NCBI RefSeq assembly: GCF_006345805.1
Contig: NC_043005.1
Coordinates: 55,986,001 to 56,050,000, forward strand
Source: Octopus sinensis
Taxonomy: Eukaryota
Length of the DNA: 64,000 nucleotides
Reading direction: 5' to 3'
Positions 1 to 11,280 of this stretch are shown piece after piece. Each line of letters begins with the position of its first letter. The first letter of the stretch is position 1. The notes below the pieces were generated by a model that searched no databases, was not told the origin of the DNA, and was given only the letters and a program-made list of their open reading frames with translations. Both the position numbers and the translations under genes were made by a program.

Positions 1-138
1 AATAGACTAATAGAATAAGTACTAGGCTTAAATGGAAAAAAAAGTCCTGAGGTCAATTTGTTTGACTAAAACCCTTCAAGGTGGTGCTCCAGCATGACTG
101 CAATCAAATGACTGAAACAAGTAAAAAGAGTAAAAGAA

Positions 139-139
<1 letters not shown>
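1..139 (+). mobile_element. 3' end of tRNA-derived CORE-type SINE (family S1)
   Basis: Tail 'gatagaataagtactaggctt...ggtggtgctccagcatg...aatgactgaaacaagtaaaagagtaaaaga' matches full copies at 2090-2493 and 8567-8910. Confidence 0.85.
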
Positions 140-169
<30 letters not shown>

Positions 170-172
170 ACG

Positions 173-245
<73 letters not shown>

Positions 246-433
246 TGAGAGAAAGACTGATAGATGTATAAGTTTGTGTGTGAGTGTCTTTCTGTGAGTG
301 AATTCATATATCCCTTCGTTTTCTTGTATCTTTGTTGGTTGTAAAACTCTCATTCAAACAGTATTGTGGTTTTCTTTTTCTGTCACAATATACTCTTGTC
401 TGGCCATGAAAGCTTGCGAAAGCTGATGTTAAA

Positions 434-473
<40 letters not shown>

Positions 474-1044
474 GTCTGGGATATAGACAGTTGGTATAAC
501 AATTCTATTTTTAAATGAAAAAAACAAAAAAAGAAGCATACTCTTGGGATTGTGTTGAATTCTGTAAGTAGACAAAATTGGTTGTCTCTTTTAGAAAATC
601 TTGAATTTAAATATTGAATAAAATGTTGAGCTGAATCTCATATTAATTTTTCAACTACATATACGATGATAAGGCTTTCTATTTCTATAATGCAAGATAA
701 TGGAATGAGGCTTCTTTGATCTCTAGTTGTCTAGCTTCACTCCTATATTCAAACACCATATCAAATATATGTTATTTGCTGATTTCTAATACTTCGCTTT
801 GAGAAGTCATTCAACATTTTCAATACATATTGAACTATAATCTTATTTGCATCTTCAAAAGTTTGCAGTCCAGCCTTTTTGACCTTATGAAGTTATAGCA
901 CTCACACTACAAACATCTTTATTTGTTCATCCATTAAGTTGATGTAAAGATCTAAGGGTGACAATATTACTTATATTAAACACATTACTTGATCTTGGTT
1001 TGGTAAAGATAAAAGTCATGTGTGAGTATAAGAATTCAGATAAA

Positions 1045-1432
1045 AATGTGATCTTGAAACACAAGTCCAATTTTCAGACATTCCAATTTATAATGACAAA
1101 ACAAATATAGAAAAAAAATACAAATTAAATTTTACTTAAAATTTTCTCAGCATGAATTTAGTACATATATATGCTTCTTTTCCTTTGAACTCATCATGGA
1201 TACAAGTTTTTATTTTTTTGTTTTGTTTTTGGCTGGGATAAATGTGATCTTGAAACACAAGTCCAATTTTCAGACATTCCATTTATAATGACAAAACAAA
1301 TATAGAAAAAAAAATACAAATTAAATTTTACTTAAAATTTTCTCGCATGAATTTAGTACATATATATGCTTTTTTCCTTGCACTCATCATGGATACAAGT
1401 TTTTATTTTTTTGTTTTGTTTTTGGCTGGGAT
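1045..1432. repeat. Tandem direct duplication, about 196 bp x2 (1045-1240, 1241-1432)
   Basis: Both copies start 'aatgtgatcttgaaacacaagtcc' and end 'ttggctgggat'. They differ mainly by 1-bp indels. Confidence 0.95.
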
Positions 1433-1993
1433 GCAATATTCTATGATGTTTTAATGTAAGAAAGGTGATGCTAATTAGTGATATAAATGCAATAATATAG
1501 ATTACATAAATGAATTAGATATTAAGGTGTTCAATGTAAAATAATATTAGATGTTATAAGCACTGATTTAGAAAGAGAACAGAGAAACAGAGTGCTGAGT
1601 AGAGGTCAACCTATGTATTTATTGTTATCAGGTAACATCTCAATCTAGATACTTAAAATCTATATTTTCTCGATTATATTTTTTAACTCTACTACTCTTA
1701 TTTCCAGGAGTTTCAAATTTTGGCACAAGGCTTGAAATTTCAGGGGTGGGGCTATGTTGATTGCATTGATCCCAGTGATTAACTACTAACTTATTTTATC
1801 AACAAAGGATGAAAGGCAAAGTCAGTCTCAGTGGAATTTGAACTCAGAACATAAAGATGGATGAAATGCCATTAAGTAATTTGCCTGTTGTGCTAACGAT
1901 TCTGCAAGTTTTCCACCTTCATGAGATAATTAATTGATCAGTTATTTTAGCAAAGCAGTTATAACTCTGTGTGTGTGTGTGTGTGTGAGTGTA

Positions 1994-2024
<31 letters not shown>

Positions 2025-2089
2025 CATCATCATCATCATCATCATCATTTAATGTCATATCCCATACTTGCATGGGTATATGATATATA

Positions 2090-2493
2090 GGAGTGGCTGT
2101 GTGGTAAGTAGCTTGCTTATGAACCACATGGTTCCGGGTTCAGTCCCATTGTGTGGAACCTTAAGCAAGTGTCTTCAACTATAGCCTTGGACCCACCAAA
2201 GCCTTGTGAGTGGATTTGCTAGATGGAAACTGAAAGAAGCCCATCATATATATGTATGTATATATTTGTATGTGTGAGTGTATGTTTGTGTGTCTGTGTT
2301 TGTCCCACCAACATCACTAGACAACCGATGCTGGTGCGTTTACGTCCTCATCACCTAGCGGTTCGGCAAAAGAGACTGATAGAATAAGTACTAGGCTTAC
2401 AAAGAATAAGTCCCGGGGTCGATTTGCTCAACTAAAGGCGGTGCTCCAGCATGGCACAGTCAAATGACTGAAACAAGTAAAAGAGTAAAAGAG
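2090..2493 (+). mobile_element. Full-length tRNA-derived CORE-type SINE (family S1)
   Basis: A-box-like 'tggctgtgtggt', B-box-like 'ggttcagtccc', CORE-like 'cttaagcaagtgtctt', internal TA/TG microsatellite and 'aaaagagtaaaaga' tail. More than 15 related copies or fragments occur in the window. Confidence 0.9.
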
Positions 2494-2519
2494 AATATAT
2501 ATGTACATTAAGTGCTCTC

Positions 2520-2906
2520 TGGAGGCACAATGGCCCAGTGGTTAGGGCAGCGGACTCACGGTCATAGGATCGCGGTTTCGATTCCAGAATGGGCGCGTGG
2601 GCGTTGTGAGTGTTTATTGGCGAAAACACCTAAAGCTCCACGAGGCTCGGCAGGGATGGTGGTGATCCCGCTGTACTCTTTCACCACAACTTTCTCTCAC
2701 TCTTACTTCCTGTGTTCTGTTGTACCTGTATTTCAAAAGGCCGGCCTGTCACTCTCTAGTCACGCTGAATATCCCGAGAACTACGTTAAGGGTACATGTG
2801 TCTGTGGAGTGCTCAGCCACTTACACGTTAATTTCACGAGCAGGCTGTTTCCGTTGATTCGGATCAACCGGAACCCTCATTGTCGTAACCGACGGAGTGC
2901 TTCCAG
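2520..2906 (+). mobile_element. tRNA-derived SINE (family S3) with 13-bp target-site duplication
   Basis: A box 'tggcccagtgg', B box 'gtttcgattcc'. TSD attaagtgctctc at 2507-2519 and 2907-2919. A second copy lies at 24970-25348. Confidence 0.92.
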
Positions 2907-2972
2907 ATTAAGTGCTCTCCACCCTTAAATGCAATACCAGAAGTCAATCTTTTACTTTTCTTTCCTGGTTAG

Positions 2973-3120
2973 TTACAAGCCCCATCAACTCTATACTCTG
3001 TGGCTGTTCAGTGCATTTAACTCTATATGCCGGATACAATTATCCTCAACCAAATTCCTTGTGGGTAAAAAACAGCAGTGTAAACTTGTTTTGGGTGAGC
3101 AATAATGACAGTAAGGGTGG
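2973..3120 (+). CDS. Candidate internal exon (TSPINSILCGCSVHLTLYAGYNYPQPNSLWVKNSSVNLFWVSNNDSKG), product unknown
   Basis: Strong acceptor 'ttttacttttctttcctggttag', donor GG|gtaagg, and only one of three frames is open. No homology recognised. Confidence 0.3.
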
Positions 3121-3903
3121 GTAAGGCATACTGTTAGTCGAGGGATAGATAAAGTAATTGAGGTAGTTGAGATGTGTGCTAGGATAATTAAGTTGAGACC
3201 AATCATAGGCTGCACAATAGAAACATTCATCTCAGTATATGCCCCCATATTCTTATATTCCATTGGTTGAAGTGTAACAGCCTATGAAATATCAAAACAT
3301 TATTATAACTTCATTTACTGTCTGCAATGGAATCTTAAATAAATAACTCTACTTTAATATATCTAATTTTCCACTATTACATGAACTAGAAAATATCAAT
3401 GATCATTGAAAGCAATTTTTATAAATGATAAAAAATAAAGAAAGAAATCATATATTTCCTACCACAGATGCTGCTAAATGAAAATTATAAATCAAAAGAT
3501 TCATTTCAATGTTTATTTATTTTTCTTCAGCTAAACTTTTTATAAAAAAAAATACTATTTATATTTTCAATTCCTTTATTTCTTTTCTCTTGTTTTATTT
3601 AATTCATTTTTTTTTCATCGCTTCATATTTGTTTTGATAAGATGTTTTCCTATGCCATTGTTAATGAAAATGAAGAAACCAAATATAGCCTACAGAACCC
3701 AAAACAATGGTTTGACTGCAACTTTCTAATATAAATGAAAACTTGCAATCAATATTGATTGATTACCATATATATCAAGAATTCTTACATCTAATAAGTT
3801 TTTTTTTTGTCTGTAACATATGACAAAATAACAGAATGGTTCGTGTATTCTCAATGTTTGGTACATTACTTTGCATATTCATATTCTGCTATTCTGCTGT
3901 ATC

Positions 3904-3958
3904 TCAATTTGTGTTTTTGAGCTGGTCGGTTAAATCTACTTGTTTCAGTTCACCAAGC
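3904..3958 (-). CDS. Candidate terminal coding exon (LGELKQVDLTDQLKNTN*) of unidentified minus-strand gene
   Basis: Acceptor 'ttttttatcttttag'. Its phase matches the 7358-7583 exon (TG|G = Trp). It is followed by AT-rich UTR-like sequence. Confidence 0.45.
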
Positions 3959-4559
3959 CTAAAAGATAAAAAAGAAGTCTTTGGGAAGTTAAACTACAAA
4001 GGTTTATCATCTTATACGGAAGAATATTTATTCCACATCTAGTAAAGCATGCAGGAGTAAATTAACATTTGCAGAAGATTGTTATATAATCTATTTTGTT
4101 TTAAACAAATATTAATTCACAAGCAAAACGCCTCCATCCAATGAACGATGCTGAGTTGTCAAACATTTAAACCAAATTTTCTCAAAACAACTTGTCCAAC
4201 CGTCCCATAGGCCTTCCCTTTGAGAAACACTAATTTAACCTAAATTTGAGACACCAGCAAAAGGAGAAATAAAGATAGATTTTTTTTCTATTCCAAAGAA
4301 AAACGATATTATTCACACAAATATGCAACCGAAGAGCTTAAAGTACCAGTAATGATAAGGCTGTTGACTGGGAGAACACAAACATGGTTTAGACAGTAAG
4401 CTTGGCAGGAAAGAAACATGCCTTTAAGCAGTACAAAAACAACAAAAAATGGAAGGTGCAGTTACGTACAGGTTGACGGAAGGAAAGCAGGACAAAAACG
4501 GCTTTATCGATTGCATTCTCACCTGGAATCGATTTTTGTAATTTTTTCAAGACTTATAC

Positions 4560-4675
4560 ACGCCCTGATACCGTCGGTATCTACATATTAAATTTGAGCA
4601 CAATCGGATGGAGGATGCCTGAGATCCTAGAAGACACACACACAGACAGACAGAACTGATTTTATATAATAGATT
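4560..4675 (+). mobile_element. Possible 3' end of non-autonomous Helitron-like repeat
   Basis: 'aaatttgagcacaatcggat...acacacacagacagacagaactgattttatataatagat' resembles recalled ends of non-autonomous rolling-circle elements. A matching 5'-type end (actagcagagatatccggcattgctcgggg) lies on - at about 31667-31702. Confidence 0.3.
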
Positions 4676-4985
4676 TGCTTCTATATACTCAGAAAAATTT
4701 GTTAATACCATCATTTAAACATCCATTTTTTTCCATGCTTGCATGGATCAGATAGAATTCACTGAGACAGATTTTCTATGGCCTAGTGCCTTTCATGTAG
4801 CCATCCTTCACCTGTTTCCAAGCAAAATGATATTTCTCCATAGCCAGATATATTTTTGCAGAATATTGAAAATGAATAACACTGCTTCTATGACAATGAT
4901 ACTCATTTACAACTATCACGCAATATCATGACAAGGAGACACAAACATATACACTCTCACATACATATAAACACACACACACACA

Positions 4986-5160
4986 TACAGTAATCCCTCA
5001 ACTATTGCAGGTGTTACATTCCAAAACACCCTGCAACAGGTGAAAATTCATGACATAGAAACAGTACTGTAGTGTATATTTTTAAAATTATTTTTATAAT
5101 TTGTATATATTTATTTTGTTATAAATGCAAAACAACACCATGGAGGAATCGACATGAGCT
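4986..5160. mobile_element. pogo/Tigger-like DNA transposon end
   Basis: TA followed by 'cagtaatccctcaactattgcaggtgttacattcc', a Tigger-type terminus. The opposite TIR was not found. Confidence 0.45.
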
Positions 5161-5436
5161 TAATTTCCAGCTAAGTCATTGTCAGACTGTGGCAGCCTGA
5201 CAATGGCTTAGATGGCCAAACTTCAAAGTCACTGTTAACAATCTTGTTATGAATAATAAATTTGTACATTACAAAAGTATAGAGTAACCCATCAGATTAA
5301 CCTAAAATTGTTTTTATTATAACTGAACATAGAACTAAATATATATATATATATATATATCTATTATATATTGATAAAAATGGTAAGACAACAAAAGAAA
5401 GAAAGAGACCTTGATATTATGTAAATAGAGGAATTT

Positions 5437-5688
5437 ATCTGTAAATGTAATATGTGTAGCCATAATAAAACTCCGAGTTTTGGATGCCAAGGTGGAAATC
5501 CATGCCACAGTTATCTGGCCATCCATCTCTTCATTTATCTGGCCATCAGAAAAATGCTATAGCATTTTCATAGCATTTTTCCGATGGCCAGATAACTGAA
5601 GAGATGGTGGTGTGGATTTCCACCTCAGCATCCGAAAAACTCGGAGTTTTTTCATGGCTACCAAATAATTGTCACATATTACATTTAC

Positions 5689-5692
<4 letters not shown>
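5437..5692. mobile_element. Foldback/MITE-like palindrome
   Basis: Arms 'atctgtaaatgtaatatgtg...ggccatcagaaaaatgcta' and 'tagcatttttccgatggcc...cacatattacatttacagat' are imperfect reverse complements. The right end abuts (TA)n. Confidence 0.85.
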
Positions 5693-5719
<27 letters not shown>

Positions 5720-5869
5720 ACTAACGTAGGATAAAATATTTTTCGGGAAAAAAATTTTATCAATGGCCAGCATAAATTATAATGGTTATTGACAATTTTG
5801 TCTTTGTTTCAGCATATTTGGCATTAGAATTTTTCTTTTGCTCTTATTTTGTAAATTATATATATATAT

Positions 5870-6405
5870 TTGTATCTTTGTGATACCAGTGCCGGTGGCA
5901 CATAAGAAAACCATCCGAACATGGCCGTAGCCAGTACCGCATCGACTGGCCTCCGTGCTGTGGGCACATAACAAACACCATCCGATCGTGGCCGTTCGCC
6001 AGCCTCGTCTGGCACCTGTGTCGGTGGCGGCACATAAAAAACACCATCCGAGCATGGCCATCTGCCAGCCTCGTCTAGAACCTGTGTCAGTGGCACATAA
6101 AAACACTATCCGAGCGTGGCCGTCTGCCAGCCTCATCTGGCACCTGTGTCGGTGGCACATAAAAAACACCATCCGAGCATGGCCGTCTGCCAGCCTCGTC
6201 TGGCACCTGTGTCGGTGGCACATAAAATCATCCACTACACTCTCGGAGTGGTTGGCATTAGGAAGGGCATCCAGCTGTAGAAACACTGCCAGATCTGACT
6301 GGCCTGGTACAGCCTTCGGGCTCGCCAGACCCCAGTTGAACCGTCCAACCCCTGCTAGCATGGAAAGCGGACGTTAAACGATGATGATGATGATGATGAT
6401 GATGA
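5870..6405 (+). mobile_element. RTE-LINE 3'-UTR-type element with internal ~58-bp tandem units and (GAT)n tail
   Basis: Units 'ggtggcacataaaaaacaccatccgagc.tggccgt.tgccagcctc.tctggcacctgtgtc' repeated, then 'gttggcattaggaagggcatccagc...gctagcatggaaagcggacgttaaac(gat)n'. Near-identical to 53395-53838. Confidence 0.88.
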
Positions 6406-7111
6406 TATATATACACACACATACACACTCACACACACACACAGTCACCTTTCATTTTCTGTCAACCAAATCCACCCACGAGGCTTTGGTTAGCCTCACA
6501 GATATAGCAGAAGATACTTGCCTAAGGTGCCATGCAGTGAGACTGAACCTGAAATCATATGGTTCATTGATGCAAACCTTCTTAATCACACAGCTATGCC
6601 TGTGCCTATGTGATGTCTGCAACATTTAAAAAAATGTATTTTTAAATAATTATTAATAATAAAGTTTTATTTTATTCATTAAATTTGATTAAACAAAGTA
6701 ATCTGAATTGGTAGTAATGATGTTAAAAAGCGTGAAATAAGTTCATAGCATTGTTAATGAACAATACCAATAATATTAACTAATGGAAAAGTAGCCAAAT
6801 GCAGAAATACCTGGAGCAATTTAACAAATATTATTGCCTAAAATATGATGCCAAAAAAAATAAATTGTATTGCTAATCTTTGACAACACCAACGAGCTAA
6901 CAATTTTTTTGAAATTGAATATAGCTGCAGGTATGGGTGTGCGATTGAGAAGCTTGCTTCTCAATCATATGTTCACAAGTTCAGCTCCACTGTGCGGCAC
7001 CTTGCATAAGTGTCTTCTACTGTAGCTCCAAGCTGACCAAAGTCTTATGGGAATTTATTAGTAAAGAATATTGTACATGTAAATCCCAATAATCCAATTT
7101 TCAGGGATATA

Positions 7112-7345
7112 CCTATTTCTTTACTACCCACAAGGGGCTAAACAGAGAGGACAAACAAGGACAGACAAACGGATTAAGTCGATTACATTGACCCCAGTGC
7201 GTAACTGGTACTTAATTTATCGACTCCGAAAGGATGAAAGGCAAAGTCAACTTCGGTGGAATTTGAACTCAGAACGTAGCGGCAGACGAAATACCACTAA
7301 GTATTTTGCCTGGCGTGCTAACGTTTCTGCCAACTCGCCGCCTTT
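7112..7345 (-). mobile_element. SINE family S2
   Basis: Reverse complement of 'aaggcggcgag.tggcagaaacgttagc...gttctgagttcaaatt...gactttgcctttcatcctttcgg.gtcgataaa'. Copies on + at 19939-20171, 22809-23041 and 47449-47708. Confidence 0.9.
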
Positions 7346-7357
7346 TCAGTGATATAC

Positions 7358-7583
7358 CACTGGTCTTTGGGTGTCTTAAGTAGAGTCATTCTGTTTTGAG
7401 CATTTAGACCAGATCTCAGTTCCCTTCTTTGCCCACACTTTCCCTGCAAATATTGATTTTGTAAATATTTAGATTGGGAAGAAACAGTAACAACAGATTC
7501 CCTAGTCTGAGAGGGGCCTGAAAAAGTCATGGAAACTGCTCCACCTCTTCGGAAAGCATGATAATATTGAATAGATTTTTCAT
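7358..7583 (-). CDS. Candidate internal exon (D)EKSIQYYHAFRRGGAVSMTFSGPSQTRESVVTVSSQSKYLQNQYLQGKCGQRRELRSGLNAQNRMTLLKTPKDQ(W)
   Basis: Acceptor 'tttttttttag', 226 nt of open non-repetitive frame, donor TG|gtatat. Phases fit both flanking exon candidates. Confidence 0.6.
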
Positions 7584-7889
7584 CTAAAAAAAAATATATA
7601 TATATATATTACTACAATGCTTTTGCTTTTTATGTAACAAATGCTTGTTTTGTTTGTTTGTTTTCTTTTCCTTTTTATATTTCCCTTTCCATGATTTTTG
7701 GTTTGATTTTCATTTCAAAACCTCATTAATAATCATTGTTCTATGAATAAATATTTGAGTAATTTAATTACTAATTAAATTATATAAATTTTATAACTGC
7801 ATCTAAAATATTTGCATAGTTTCTCACACTACAATCACTAAAATTCAATGAGAGTTGAAATATCAATGATTGTGTGCATACATGAATGC

Positions 7890-7923
<34 letters not shown>

Positions 7924-7932
7924 GTAAATGTA

Positions 7933-7989
<57 letters not shown>

Positions 7990-8231
7990 GTATATGTATA
8001 TGTATATATATGTGTGTGTAATAAAAGTGGTGTGTGCATCATCTTTTAATGTTCACCGACCATGCTGGTAAGGGCTGAATGGTTTGAGAGGATCTGACAG
8101 GTTTGAGGGCTGTAACATGTTCCAAAATCTGTTTCGACTTGTTTTCTACAGCTGAATGCCCTTCCTAGTGCCAACTACTTTAAACCATCACTAGTGGGAT
8201 CCTATGAAGCTGACAAGACTCTGTGTGTATG

Positions 8232-8276
<45 letters not shown>

Positions 8277-8453
8277 ATGGGGGTGTGTGTGCATGGGTGT
8301 GTGTGTGTGCATTTTACTAGAAATTCATGAGTCAGAAAAGTAGGCACTCGCATATTAGTTAACAGAGTAGACATACTCTTATTAATAATATATTATATTA
8401 TAATCTCAAGTTAACTAAATTACTAATTGGTTTCATACAAGAAATCATGTGTG

Positions 8454-8492
<39 letters not shown>

Positions 8493-8566
8493 ATATGTGT
8501 GTGTGTGTGTGCGCGCATATTTATTTATGTGTGTATGTGTGTGTGTGTGGTGTGTCTGTGTGTATA

Positions 8567-8910
8567 GGTACAGGCATGGCTGTGTGGTAAGAAGCTTGCT
8601 TACCAACCTCATGGTACCAGGTTCAGTCCCACTGTGTGGCACCTTGGGCAAATATTTTTTACTATACCTTTTTGAGTGGATCTGGTAGATGGAAACTGAA
8701 AGAAGCCCGTCATATATATATATGTATATGTTTGTGTGTCTGTGTTTGTCCACTCGCCATTGCTTGACAACCAATGTTTGTGTGTTTACATCCCCATAAC
8801 TTAGCAGTTTGGCAAAAGATACTGATAGAATAAGTACTAGGCTTACAAAGAATAAGTCCTAGTTTGACTAAAGGTGGTCAAATGACTGAAACAAGTAAAG
8901 AGTAAAAGAA
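8567..8910 (+). mobile_element. SINE family S1
   Basis: Same head, CORE-like block and tail as 2090-2493. Confidence 0.9.
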
Positions 8911-9199
8911 TATATGAGTGACAAAGATGTATAAGTGTCAATTCCTTATGGCCATTTCAAGTGACTTCTTTAATTGATCAGTGAAAGCATTACTTCATTA
9001 CAAAGGAAACCATTCTCATAAAGGACAAGTTAGATATTTAAACATAGTCATATAATCAATAGAGAGCAAATATTTACAATGGTTCCGCTGCTAAATTTTT
9101 TAGGCAAGAGCGGATTTATTCATTAAGTTGGATCGTGTCATCTGCATACACTGCATGAATATCAGGTGTAAAAATTTCTATGTAGAGTTTGATACTCAC

Positions 9200-9234
9200 C
9201 TAATAAGTTCATTCTAACAAGTTGCTTCAAGTAC
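9200..9234 (-). CDS. Candidate 35-nt exon YLKQLVRMNLL
   Basis: Strong donor TAG|gtgagt and a weaker acceptor (tttgaattag). Ends in phase 1, giving G|AT = Asp with the next exon. Confidence 0.45.
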
Positions 9235-9261
9235 CTAATTCAAATGAATCTAAATTACATG

Positions 9262-9314
<53 letters not shown>

Positions 9315-9382
9315 GTTCATCAACATCAAAATAAAAATCATATGGATATTGTAGTTGTGATACCCATGCCGGTGGCACATAG

Positions 9383-9900
9383 GGCCTCACAGAGGAAATG
9401 ACGAAGACCAAGACCTCTGAGATATGCTGTGACTGTAAAGACCCGACAAATGAAGTGAGTTCGTGGCTCATAGGATGGCCTGCTCTGCTAACTTTGGATC
9501 GTATGGTGGCCTGCTGTTCTTGAGGAGACCTATTGAATCAAGTACGTCAACACCAACATCAAAATAATAATCAAATGGAAATTGTAGTTAAGATACCCGT
9601 GCTGGTGACACGTAAAAAGCACCGTCTGAAAGTGGTGTCCATGTCGGTGAAATAGCACCAACCAATTGTGGCCGTTTGCCAGCCTGCTCTGGCCCCTGTG
9701 CTGGTGGCACGTAAAAAGCACCCCCTACACTCATGGAGTGGTTGGTGTTAGGAAGGGCATCCAGAAGTAGAAACACTGCCAGATCAGACTGGAACCTGGT
9801 GCAGCTTCCTGGCTTCCCAGACCCCGGTCGAACAGTTCAACCCATGCTAGCATGGAAAACGGAAGTTAAACAATGATTATGATGAGGATGATGATGATGA
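9383..9900 (+). mobile_element. RTE-LINE 3' end (decayed ORF2 C-terminus plus UTR)
   Basis: Encodes GLTEEMT(K)DQDL*RYAVTVKTRQ, like 53105-53250. Followed by the aggaagggcatcc/(GAT)n tail. Confidence 0.8.
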
Positions 9901-10429
9901 TATATTATATCAAAGTCAGTGGGGATGGCAAATCTTTAAAAAAGTCTTCAGATTACAGTGAAAGGAAACATCAATGGGGGAGATCCAATGTTTATATTCA
10001 TGGTGCAGTCTGCCAGTTTGCTAAGATGTGTCTGCACTCATGAACGCAGGAGCAAAAACATCACTTTTACAATTTAGGTAGGTGTCTGGGTAAAGGAAGT
10101 TCTTCAGGATGATTTTTTTCTCAGCTAAGCAGAGTTTGTAACTTCTCCAAGTCTCCAGTCACAAAGAACTCATGTCATACTATTCTTTTCAGTCATCTCT
10201 AATGACTGCCAAGGTTGGTTCTCCACTTTCGATACGAAACCAATTGGTAATTTGGCAACTGTAAGACTATAACATAACATATTATTCATTATCTTTTATT
10301 GTCTTTTCATTCACTGAACTGCAGCTATGCTGAAGGTTACAGTCATACAAATTGACTCCAGTAGTTATTTTGTAAATATGGTATTAATTATATTCGTCCC
10401 TTTTATTGAATTGCTAAGTTACAAGGACG

Positions 10430-10680
10430 TGGAGGCACATGGATTAGTAGTTAGAGTATCATCATCATGATTGTAAGATTGTGGTTTTGATTCCTGGACC
10501 AGGTGACACATTGTGTTCTTGAGCAAAACACTTCATTTCACATTCCTCCAGTCCACTCAGCTGGCAAAAGTGAGTTACGCTGCGATGGACTGGCATCCCA
10601 TCAAGCTGGGGAACACATACGCCACAGAAACTGGGAAACCAGGTGCATGAGCCTGGCTAGGCTTTAAAAAAGGGTGCATT
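10430..10680 (+). mobile_element. tRNA-derived CORE-type SINE (family S4)
   Basis: Head 'ggaggcacatggattagtagttag', CORE-like 'ttcttgagcaaaacacttcatttc', 'ccagtccactcagctggc'. Relatives at 27487-27690(-), 33760-33945(-), 33975-34215(+) and 50768-50975(+). Confidence 0.85.
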
Positions 10681-10980
10681 TATTTTTTTTGTAAGTTACA
10701 GGGACATAAGCAAACCAACACCATTTGTCAAGTGAGAGGGATCAAACACTAAGACACAAACACACATACATTAACACATACACACACAGACACACACAAA
10801 TACAACAGGTTTTGACATAGTTTCCATATGCTAAATTCTCTCCTAACATATTGGTCAGATTGGGGCTATAGTAGAAGACACTTGCCTCAGGTTCCATACA
10901 GTGGGATTGAACCCAAAATTATATGATAGGAAAGATTCATAAGTAAGATTCTTCCCCACCCAGTCATGCTATTAATAATG

Positions 10981-11034
<54 letters not shown>

Positions 11035-11280
11035 TCTACTAAAGACACAAGGCCTGGAAGTTTGGAGGAGGAGCTAGTTGATTACATTGACCCCTGTGTT
11101 CTACTGGTACTTAATTTATTGACCCTGAAAGGATGAAAGGCAAAGTTCAACCTCAGTGGTGTTTGAGCTCAGAACATAAAGTAAGAAGAAATGTTGTGAA
11201 GCTTTTTGTCTGCTAGCAATTCTGTCAGCTCACCACATTAATAATAATAACAATAATAATAATAATAATAATAACAATAA

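Noticed and set aside
700-960. Protein-like minus-strand stretches (DLYINLMDEQIKMFV; VKKAGLQTFEDANKIIVQYVLKMLNDFSKR)
   Set aside because: They are broken by stops and a frameshift, with no recognisable family and no convincing splice chain.
5880-6240. Regularly spaced ~58-bp repeats resembling a CRISPR array
   Set aside because: There are no unique spacers or cas genes. The units are tandem repeats within an RTE 3' UTR in a eukaryotic genome.
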